This document shows positions 52,610 through 58,947 of a DNA stretch of 58,947 nt, in pieces. This DNA is from a virus. A program made the translations under genes and the position numbers. Location of the stretch: IMG/VR virus record IMGVR_UViG_3300045988_154888, positions 1-58,947 of that record. The stretch is one strand, 5' to 3'. Under the pieces are notes generated by a model. That model was not told where the DNA came from, did not search any database, and was given only the letters and a program-made list of their open reading frames with translations. Positions within the stretch are counted from its first letter, which is position 1, and every line of letters begins with the position of its first letter.

Positions 52610-53500
52610 TTATTCTTCCTCGGTATCTTCCTGCTCGCCCAGAATCAGCCGGATAGCCTTTTCTGCACGACCTGCCGCGCTCACAATCAACCGCTTGTCA
52701 TTTTTCAATGCAGAAAGCCAGCTCTGAATGTAGGCGGCATTGTTGCGGAAGCTCTTTGCAGTTTCAAGCCCAAGCTCATGGAGAATGCCACAGGCTCCGA
52801 TTTCTGCGACCAGTTCTTCCTTGGAATAGCTTTCGCTCCCGAATGCAGCGGCGCCATCGTTTTCAGAGAAACGATTGAGCAGGCTTTTATGTCCGGTACT
52901 ATGCGTAAGCTCATGGAAGGTCGTTGCGTAATATCCAGCGCTGTTCTCGAATTGTTCCATTACCGGGAGACTGACAAGATGTCGGCTGGGACTGTAGAAG
53001 GCTCGGTTCTGCTTGCTGTGCTCGATGGTGAGCTTTGCCCTGCCGGAATATTCCGCGATGATTTCTTCGGCACGTTCAACCGGGGAGGCGGTCGCCGGAA
53101 GATGTTCGGCAGTATATTTCGGCTGGATGCCATCGCAATCGTCGATGTGGAATACGTTATAATAGCGGAGCATCGGAATTGGGTCATCTACCGGCAGACC
53201 GTTTTCATCCCGAATGACGTTGCCGCTCGCGTCCTTCTTTTCACGGTGCAGCACCTTCCAGAATACAACCATCTTGGACTTTGCGCCCTTCTTGACCTTG
53301 CCGCCCTCATCCTTGCATTGCTTGAAGGTGAGATACTCGCCGGGCTTGCCGAGCAAAAGCTGGTTGATGAGGCTGTACGGCTTGCCATTGCTGCGGCGAA
53401 TTGCGCCCTCGGAAACTCCTGACCACGGCCTGTTCCACGGAATGATGCCAGATTCAAGCTCCGCAATGATACGGTCGGTAACTGCTGCGAAAATATCCAT
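52610..53500 (-). CDS. ardC: ArdC-like antirestriction protein (ssDNA-binding N-domain + HExxH metalloprotease)
   Basis: Start at MDIFAAV, after GAAGGAGGG. IIPWNRPW motif and FHELTHSTGH. Confidence 0.75.
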   Translation of the reverse strand: MDIFAAVTDRIIAELESGIIPWNRPWSGVSEGAIRRSNGKPYSLINQLLLGKPGEYLTFKQCKDEGGKVKKGAKSKMVVFWKVLHREKKDASGNVIRDENGLPVDDPIPMLRYYNVFHIDDCDGIQPKYTAEHLPATASPVERAEEIIAEYSGRAKLTIEHSKQNRAFYSPSRHLVSLPVMEQFENSAGYYATTFHELTHSTGHKSLLNRFSENDGAAAFGSESYSKEELVAEIGACGILHELGLETAKSFRNNAAYIQSWLSALKNDKRLIVSAAGRAEKAIRLILGEQEDTEEE

Positions 53501-53533
53501 CAAAAGCCCCTCCTTCATGCCGTTCACAACTTA

Positions 53534-53809
53534 TCAAATCTCAATGCCGCCGTAGAGGTTCGCTTCGCTGCGGTACCAGTCGTGGCCGTCGCTCAGGGTT
53601 TTTGAAAAACGGTAAGTAACCTCGGTACCCATGTTCTCACGGTGGTTCGTAACCTTCTTGCCAAACTTGGATGTGCTTTCGGTCAGACGAACGCGGATGC
53701 TCTTGGCGTTTACCTTGATAATCTCTCCGTTCCATTCAGTGCTCTGAATCAAAATACCAATGCAGCTGCCCGTATAAGCCTTTACCTTCATTCCAACCTG
53801 CGCTTTCAT
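53534..53809 (-). CDS. Hypothetical protein
   Basis: 91 aa. First gene after the promoter copy at 53849-53877. AAGGAGGAT RBS. Confidence 0.5.
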   Translation of the reverse strand: MKAQVGMKVKAYTGSCIGILIQSTEWNGEIIKVNAKSIRVRLTESTSKFGKKVTNHRENMGTEVTYRFSKTLSDGHDWYRSEANLYGGIEI

Positions 53810-53848
53810 AGCTCGTATCCTCCTTGTTGCTTTCCTTTTGACATCTTG

Positions 53849-53877
53849 ATTATACTACTCGTGCGTATAGCTGTCAA
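53849..53877 (-). promoter_or_regulatory. Consensus sigma70 promoter (TTGACA-17-TATAAT), early cassette 3
   Basis: Minus strand: TTGACA at 53872-53877, 17-nt spacer, TATAAT at 53849-53854. Part of a 90-nt repeat (53817-53906), identical apart from 1 mismatch to 58883-58947 plus 1-55. Confidence 0.8.
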
Positions 53878-53925
53878 TACAAAAAATACGAAATTTTGAA
53901 CTTTTTTCAAGATTTCGTATTTAAT

Positions 53926-53961
53926 AAAAAGTGCCTGTGTTTTGAGCACGGGCACTTTTTT
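53926..53961. terminator. Bidirectional rho-independent terminator
   Basis: gtgcctgtg / cacgggcac stem flanked by an A5 run and a T6 run. Lies right after the stop of gene 53964. Confidence 0.75.
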
Positions 53962-53963
53962 GC

Positions 53964-54197
53964 TTATTCCTTTGTCGGCGATTCCTGCGGCTGGTCAGTC
54001 TTTCCGTACTTCTCCCGCCAGCCGGTATATTTCCCGCTGCGCACTCGATTGTCGATGAGCGGTTCATCCTCGTCGATAATCCAGTCTCGCCCCATCTTTG
54101 TGGCAGTCTTGAAGCCATTGCGAATGGCTTTCTGCCGTAGCACGGTAGGGTTTCGGCCATGCCGCAGCGCGTATTCTTTGAGCGTTATCATCGCCAT
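53964..54197 (-). CDS. Small DNA-binding (HTH-like) protein
   Basis: 77 aa. ITLKEYALRHGRNPTVLRQKAIRNG. Confidence 0.4.
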   Translation of the reverse strand: MAMITLKEYALRHGRNPTVLRQKAIRNGFKTATKMGRDWIIDEDEPLIDNRVRSGKYTGWREKYGKTDQPQESPTKE

Positions 54198-54245
54198 TGC
54201 TGTATCACCTCACAATTGCCATTGTAACACGCAAACGTAGCTTTG

Positions 54246-54452
54246 TCAATTTTCGTGATTGGCATCAACCAGTTCATATTCCGCAATTTCGACATCAGTC
54301 AATTTACGAGAATACTCAGCATAACCCCAAGCCGGTCTGCCGATTTCTTCGACAAGGGGACGCTCATCGAGAAAAACAACCTCTGACGCGCCTCTGGGAA
54401 TGCAGCCAGGCATCGGCGGGCGCTGAGTTGCATAATACCGATAAGCCATCAA
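54246..54452 (-). CDS. Small protein, AYRYY family (paralog of 55055-55288)
   Basis: MMAYRYYATQRPPMPGCIP...YSRKLTDVEIAEYEL. Confidence 0.45.
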   Translation of the reverse strand: MMAYRYYATQRPPMPGCIPRGASEVVFLDERPLVEEIGRPAWGYAEYSRKLTDVEIAEYELVDANHEN

Positions 54453-54862
54453 AGTACCCCCTTCTGGATAGCCGCATTCAGGTCGCCCACTGCACGCAGC
54501 ACACTTTTCCCAAGTTTTGAAGCAATCGCCTCAGCTTCTTCCTTGCTGAGCCAGTCGGTATGCATTCCATCTTCCATACGAACATTCCGCATAATCAAAG
54601 CGTTGCCTACAATGGGCTGACCATGCTCGTGCGAACCGTAGAGGTAGCTGGCGAAGATATTCAGCATCGGCTTGTCCCTGAGAAGCCCTTCTTCGTCAAC
54701 TACCATGCAATAAGGCTCATTCAGTCCTTTAGGGAAGACAACCTCGATGATGTCGCAGCCAATCGCGCGATAGCAGAACGCGAGAAGCGATTCATCTTCG
54801 CGTCGTTTGACAATTTCAATGAGCAGACCCTTATCGCTCAGTTTTACGCCGTAATCATTCAT
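54449..54862 (-). CDS. DUF3846-like protein
   Basis: 137 aa. CMVVDEEGLLRDKPMLN...IVGNALIM pattern. Confidence 0.5.
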   Translation of the reverse strand: MNDYGVKLSDKGLLIEIVKRREDESLLAFCYRAIGCDIIEVVFPKGLNEPYCMVVDEEGLLRDKPMLNIFASYLYGSHEHGQPIVGNALIMRNVRMEDGMHTDWLSKEEAEAIASKLGKSVLRAVGDLNAAIQKGVL

Positions 54863-55055
54863 GGTTCGAACCCTCTATTTCTGCCAAGGCTGTTTCACTT
54901 TTTGCCGCTTCATCCAGCGTGCGAAGAACCGCCGCGACGCTGCGCGTTCTCTTTGCAAGCGTGGTATTTGGATTGCTCATCCTGTCGTAGCGCTCCTGCA
55001 AAACCCAAGCCGCAAACGCAAAGTCGCTCATTTCATTGATTTGTTTTCCTGTCAT
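54855..55055 (-). CDS. Hypothetical protein
   Basis: 66-aa ORF. Confidence 0.4.
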   Translation of the reverse strand: MTGKQINEMSDFAFAAWVLQERYDRMSNPNTTLAKRTRSVAAVLRTLDEAAKSETALAEIEGSNHE

Positions 55056-55288
55056 CAGATTGCCTCCTGTATCATAATGGGCTGCTGGACAACGTTCGCA
55101 GGGAAAAGGCCGTAGATGTTCATTTCGGCCATCGACAACTGTCTTGAGTAATCTACTGTGCCGTAAACAATGCCGCCAAGGTCAGGCAGATAAGGGCGAC
55201 TGCCCCAAACGCGATATGCCACCATATCAGGAGGCATATGCTTCGCAAGCGGTCTGCTGTTCATGCAATAATACCTGTACGCAAGCAT
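55055..55288 (-). CDS. Small protein, AYRYY family (paralog of 54246-54452)
   Basis: Start at MLAYRYYCMNSRP, after AGAAGGTGAG. ...YSRQLSMAEMNIYGL. Confidence 0.45.
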   Translation of the reverse strand: MLAYRYYCMNSRPLAKHMPPDMVAYRVWGSRPYLPDLGGIVYGTVDYSRQLSMAEMNIYGLFPANVVQQPIMIQEAI

Positions 55289-55382
55289 GTTTCTCACCTT
55301 CTTTTTTCGCAAATTCCTTCCATCGCGCATTATTGCGGCGCTCCATTTCGGCCATAAACCGCAGCTTTTCCTTGATGCTCAT
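55227..55382 (-). CDS. Possible small protein
   Basis: MSIKEKLRFMAEMERRNNARWKEF..., preceded by GGAGGG 7 nt upstream. Overlaps the next gene by about 60 nt. Confidence 0.3.
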   Translation of the reverse strand: MSIKEKLRFMAEMERRNNARWKEFAKKEGEKHACVQVLLHEQQTACEAYAS

Positions 55383-55431
55383 TGTCCAACCCTCCTGCCG
55401 GGGGCTGCTTTGCCCCCGGCTTGATTTCTTC

Positions 55432-55779
55432 TCATTCGGCTTCGAAAACGCGCTTGAATGCTCGCTCAAGCCTTGCCAGCTTTTCCCGTGCTTCCTCAAG
55501 CTCTTTCCGAACCTTGATACTTTCATCAAACTGCGCCCGGTAGAATTTGAGGCTTTCTTCCTGCTCCTCGATTTTTGCAAGGTACTCGGCCTGCATTTGC
55601 TCTGCGCTCTTTCGGAAGGAAAGTTCTCGCGCCCAATGGCCGTCCTTGAAGTCCTTCTTCCACTGCTTGCAGAACGCATCCTTATCGCCATCAAAATGGT
55701 AATAGCTTTCCTCAATATGGCTGTACTCTTCATGGCTGGGCTGGTAACCGGTGCGCTCAATGAACTCGCTCATCATCAT
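55432..55779 (-). CDS. Hypothetical protein (coiled-coil C-terminus)
   Basis: 115 aa. First gene after the promoter at 55827-55855. Confidence 0.5.
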   Translation of the reverse strand: MMMSEFIERTGYQPSHEEYSHIEESYYHFDGDKDAFCKQWKKDFKDGHWARELSFRKSAEQMQAEYLAKIEEQEESLKFYRAQFDESIKVRKELEEAREKLARLERAFKRVFEAE

Positions 55780-55826
55780 GGTGTGTTTCCTCCTGTAAGT
55801 AGCTCTTTTTGCTCTTGACAGTGTTG

Positions 55827-55855
55827 ATTATAATACTTTTACGTATATAAGTCAA
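55827..55855 (-). promoter_or_regulatory. Near-consensus sigma70 promoter (TTGACT-17-TATAAT), early cassette 2
   Basis: Minus strand: TTGACT at 55850-55855 and TATAAT at 55827-55832. A similar upstream A/T box (TTTCAAATTATCGTA) is present. Confidence 0.75.
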
Positions 55856-55916
55856 TATGTAAATACGATAATTTGAAATTATTTTCAATCTAATTCAAAT
55901 TTACGTACTCGCAAGG

Positions 55917-55948
55917 CAAAAAAGAGCGGCAGCCAGCCAATAGCCGCT
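55917..55948 (-). terminator. Rho-independent terminator ending early cassette 1
   Basis: agcggc / gccgct stem followed on the minus strand by CTTTTTTG. Confidence 0.6.
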
Positions 55949-56171
55949 ATTGCAGCATGATTGCAAATTGCTCAAACCAAGCCGCTGCGACATTCAGAAA
56001 AGAACAGCCCGTTACATCAGCAAGATAGAAATCGCACCCATCGTCAAACGGCATAATACCAAGAAACTGGAACTGGCGGCGACTCCCATCTGTATTGCCA
56101 ACCTCAAATATCAGGCCGGGGGAAAGGACGAAACTTTTTCCGGCTCTGTCCGTTACTGTAACGTTCTCCAT
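55947..56171 (-). CDS. Hypothetical protein
   Basis: 74-aa ORF after the methyltransferase gene. Confidence 0.45.
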   Translation of the reverse strand: MENVTVTDRAGKSFVLSPGLIFEVGNTDGSRRQFQFLGIMPFDDGCDFYLADVTGCSFLNVAAAWFEQFAIMLQ

Positions 56172-56174
56172 GTG

Positions 56175-57866
56175 TCACCCCTCCATTCCAGACGCGAGCA
56201 TGAGCGGTTGCTGTGCGCCGGTATCCAGATAATAGTCCGCATGGGACATGACGTATTCGTAGCGTTCACGGCCTTGAAAGCTGTCTACGACGTGCTGTTC
56301 TTCTGCATTCATATCGGCGTATTTCTTCTTGCCGTAGCTTGGAGGAAGCCAGCCTTTTTTCTGCCCGGCAAACAGGTTGAATTTTTCCAGCAATTCCATG
56401 TCTTTGAAAACAAGATGCGCCGTGCCCTTTTTGAAAAAAGTTACCATGAAATACTTGGTGTCGATGTTTCGGGTATTCTGAGTGGTTTCGGCGATGCGAA
56501 AAACGTTCTCTATATCGCCGGGCCAGTCCGTGCGCCCGCTGTCCAGAAAATCAAAGACCTTTTCGATGTCCCGGAACTTCGACGCGACCCGCCATAAGCT
56601 GAACCGCTTGTCCCAGCTACTGAAAGCGTCGTAGAAGGGAATAATGACCTTTTTACCAACGGAAAAACAATCGTTTGTTTTCCAACCGTCATAATAATGC
56701 CGGTTAGGGCTATCCTCATTCCAGCAGCGAGCGGTCCATTCGTCAAAGAGCTGCACAATGGTATCCTCTACGCCGTTGATGACCTTCCCGTTCATTTTGA
56801 TGACCAGCGTGAGAATGTTATACACCGAAAAATCATAGTCCATAAGGGCATTGACTGAATCGTGAAGCTCGTTGATGAGATTGCTGGTGAGCCGCTGGGT
56901 AATGCTCTCCTGCTGGAATATCATACTCCAATATTTCCTGCGAGTTTGCCGGATATAGGCATTGATTCGCGCATCGTGGTCATGACCGCCAGCATGGAGT
57001 TTCAGCTCTAAAATAGGGCTGGCATACTTATCGCTTGGCCTATCCAGAATGTGAGGAATCATAGCCTCGTATTCTTCAATCAGCCGGATGCCGCAAGCCA
57101 CTTCGTAATTATAGCGATTGACCCATTCTTCAATCTGATTGTATCGCACGATTTCAGCGTATTCCTGCGGTGTTTCTTGCGTCTTGTAGGTTGGAGCCTT
57201 GCGCATATCTTCCATGATAGTGCTGTCAGGCTTCTTCCGGGCAACGGTTTTGTGAACGATAGCAATCTCAACGCCGGAGGACCGCTCTGCATCCGCAAAC
57301 GCACCCGATACATACTCAATACTGCTGTCCGTTTCTAACGCTTTGAGCAGCCGTTGACGCGCAGGGGTGCATGGATTTCGGATGGTTTCAGCATTCAGAA
57401 TGCAGCGCACGGTCCCTCCATGTTCGATAAGCTCCAAGGCATGAAGCAGGTGTTCCGCACCTCGGTCGAACGGCGGGTTCATCAAAATCAGGTCGTAGCG
57501 CTTTTGCGTTTCAAAGGTCAGAAAATCATCATGCACCACGCGGAAGCCAGTATTCTCCAACTGGCTGCGCAAAAACGAATCAATTTCCACGCAGTCGATG
57601 TCGGCCTGTTCCAGCGCTTCCCGTTTGGAATGCTCATCGTAGACAGGGAAGCCTCTGCGGGCTTTGTACATTTTGTTGGCTGCAACACGGGCGAGGTCGC
57701 CTTTTCCTGCGCTGGGTTCCAGCACGCTTTGGGCGAAATTCCAGTCGATGCCCTGCGTCAGCTTGTCGGCCAATGCGGGCGGCGTGGGGTAAAAGTTCTT
57801 CCGGGCATTCTCGTTTTCAATCGAAGCAAGGTTCATCGTGCGCATTTCGCTCATCCTTTCCGCCAT
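56175..57866 (-). CDS. Orphan N6-adenine DNA methyltransferase with large C-terminal (DUF4942-like) domain
   Basis: Motif I VLEPSAGKGDL and motif IV NPPF. No restriction endonuclease gene was recognised nearby. Confidence 0.8.
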   Translation of the reverse strand: MAERMSEMRTMNLASIENENARKNFYPTPPALADKLTQGIDWNFAQSVLEPSAGKGDLARVAANKMYKARRGFPVYDEHSKREALEQADIDCVEIDSFLRSQLENTGFRVVHDDFLTFETQKRYDLILMNPPFDRGAEHLLHALELIEHGGTVRCILNAETIRNPCTPARQRLLKALETDSSIEYVSGAFADAERSSGVEIAIVHKTVARKKPDSTIMEDMRKAPTYKTQETPQEYAEIVRYNQIEEWVNRYNYEVACGIRLIEEYEAMIPHILDRPSDKYASPILELKLHAGGHDHDARINAYIRQTRRKYWSMIFQQESITQRLTSNLINELHDSVNALMDYDFSVYNILTLVIKMNGKVINGVEDTIVQLFDEWTARCWNEDSPNRHYYDGWKTNDCFSVGKKVIIPFYDAFSSWDKRFSLWRVASKFRDIEKVFDFLDSGRTDWPGDIENVFRIAETTQNTRNIDTKYFMVTFFKKGTAHLVFKDMELLEKFNLFAGQKKGWLPPSYGKKKYADMNAEEQHVVDSFQGRERYEYVMSHADYYLDTGAQQPLMLASGMEG

Positions 57867-58225
57867 TAAAAGATGCCATGGTTCACAAACAATGCTGTAT
57901 CGTTATCCCAGCAAACCGGCTCCCCAGAATCTTCAAACGCCTTGAATTCTTCATAGCGTTTTCTGTGAAACTCAAGGTTGTATTCGAACAGGTTCTTGAG
58001 TGCGACATTTGCCGTCGCTTCCACGCATGGGAGAAGCTGATAGCGTCCGGCAGCCCTTGAGCAGTAGCGAACGACCGCGCATGGGATGCCTTTCTTCGAC
58101 GTATACAGCCGCTCAACGATTGCCGCTCTGAAAATCCAACCGTTCCAGCCATGCCGCAGGGGTGCGAAACAGATGCACGGGAACTGAACAATGTCACCGA
58201 CCTTGATGTTCTTTGCGTTTTTCAT
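57866..58225 (-). CDS. Hypothetical protein
   Basis: Start at MKNAKNIK, after GGAGGGCAAAAGACT. Confidence 0.45.
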   Translation of the reverse strand: MKNAKNIKVGDIVQFPCICFAPLRHGWNGWIFRAAIVERLYTSKKGIPCAVVRYCSRAAGRYQLLPCVEATANVALKNLFEYNLEFHRKRYEEFKAFEDSGEPVCWDNDTALFVNHGIF

Positions 58226-58272
58226 AGTCTTTTGCCCTCCATTGCCCTCGTAACCTCCGGGTCGGGATACTG

Positions 58273-58425
58273 TTATGCCTGATTGAATGCCACCCAGTAG
58301 CCAATCAATACGAATCCGTCTTTCTTGAGGTCTTCCTCCATCGCCTTGGCGCTTTCCCAACGTCCTTCAAGCGTGAACGTCATGCCGCTTTCCAAACTAA
58401 CGACCTTCGCTTCGTACTTCGTCAT
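58273..58425 (-). CDS. Small hypothetical protein
   Basis: Start at MTKYEAKV. 50 aa. Confidence 0.35.
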   Translation of the reverse strand: MTKYEAKVVSLESGMTFTLEGRWESAKAMEEDLKKDGFVLIGYWVAFNQA

Positions 58426-58474
58426 CGTCGTTTCCTTTCTGCCAGGGATTGGCCGCCCCGGCGCGGTTTTATCG

Positions 58475-58657
58475 TTATTTCCTGTTGAGAAACTCCCAAT
58501 CGTACACTTCATGGTCTTGTTTGTTGCCTTTCCAAACCTTCAGGACTTTGAATCCGTTGCATCGGAGGTCGGCAGCAAATTCAACATTGGTCTTATAGTC
58601 GTCATACCTCATGATTTTCAGGTTTCCGTTCCGGTCTCTTACAAGCGCGGTTCTCAT
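58475..58657 (-). CDS. Small hypothetical protein
   Basis: 60-aa ORF. Confidence 0.4.
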   Translation of the reverse strand: MRTALVRDRNGNLKIMRYDDYKTNVEFAADLRCNGFKVLKVWKGNKQDHEVYDWEFLNRK

Positions 58658-58675
58658 ATAACGTAGTCCTTTCTA

Positions 58676-58873
58676 TTACATCAAATCTTCTACGCTTTCA
58701 AGGTACTGATTGAAACAATTTAAGGCTGCGGCATGGCTAAAAGCATACATTCCTTGCTCACGCTTTCCATTCACAAGCAGTTCAACATACTCGCAATGGC
58801 TTTTCGAAAAACACTTCCATACAATTTCAACATCAAGGCCGCCGATTACTTTTTGCACGTGCCTCCATACCAT
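58676..58873 (-). CDS. Small hypothetical protein
   Basis: 65 aa. First gene after the promoter at 58915-58943, with the same AAGGAGGAT RBS context as 53809. Confidence 0.45.
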   Translation of the reverse strand: MVWRHVQKVIGGLDVEIVWKCFSKSHCEYVELLVNGKREQGMYAFSHAAALNCFNQYLESVEDLM

Positions 58874-58914
58874 GTTTGCTTCATCCTCCTTATTGCTTTC
58901 CTTTTGACATCTTG

Positions 58915-58943
58915 ATTATACTACTCGTGCGTATAGCTGTCAA
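58915..58943 (-). promoter_or_regulatory. Consensus sigma70 promoter (TTGACA-17-TATAAT), early cassette 1
   Basis: Minus strand: TTGACA at 58938-58943 and TATAAT at 58915-58920. Its upstream A/T box continues at nt 31-55 after circular closure. Confidence 0.8.
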
Positions 58944-58947
58944 TACA

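Larger units (their letters stand above)
1..58947. mobile_element. Complete temperate siphovirus-type phage genome; contig closes on itself (nt 1-30 = nt 58918-58947)
   Basis: Lysogeny, replication, packaging, head, tail and lysis modules are all present. Integrase lies next to an attP-like tRNA fragment. The two ends share an identical 30-nt overlap. Confidence 0.8.

Noticed and set aside
53838-53856. Plus-strand TTGACA ... TATACT inside the repeat as a rightward promoter.
   Set aside because: The spacer is only 7 nt, and no plus-strand gene follows. The minus-strand TTGACA-17-TATAAT fits perfectly and faces genes.
53817-58947. Repeated ~90-nt elements considered as a CRISPR-like array or as IS terminal repeats.
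   Set aside because: There are only two near-identical copies plus one diverged copy, separated by 2-3 kb of genes. Each copy contains a consensus -35/-10 and an RBS, so they are promoter cassettes. No transposase is present.

Overview
The window is a complete temperate siphovirus-type phage genome of about 58.9 kb. The first 30 nt are identical to the last 30 nt, so the contig closes into a circle. GC content is mid-50s %, GGAGG ribosome-binding sites are used throughout, and the gene content suggests a Firmicutes/Clostridia host. That host assignment is inference. Almost all genes are on the minus strand, in this order: (i) three early cassettes (58.9 to 50.7 kb), each driven by a near-consensus sigma70 promoter and carrying anti-restriction-type genes (ArdC-like, orphan N6-adenine methyltransferase, DUF5131 CxxxCxxC protein, Lar-like); (ii) an attP-like site with a tRNA 3' fragment, plus a plus-strand lysogeny block (integrase, a poly-G-interrupted secreted protein gene, CI-like repressor); (iii) cro-like and XRE regulators, a recombination/replication module (Rad50-like ATPase, RecT, MBL hydrolase, DnaD-like, DnaB, RusA, SSB, MazG, ThyX-like); (iv) a DinJ-YafQ toxin-antitoxin pair, a sigma-like late regulator, and a nuclease/ParB/glycosyltransferase-like/radical-SAM cluster; (v) packaging, head, tail and lysis genes. 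The most notable element is a complete diversity-generating retroelement (avd, TR, reverse transcriptase) embedded in the tail-fibre region. It has two variable repeats: one in the adjacent tail-fibre-associated gene, and a second about 30 kb away in a small gene inside the early/replication block. Both differ from the TR almost only at TR adenines. All homology calls come from motif recognition by eye; no database search was run.
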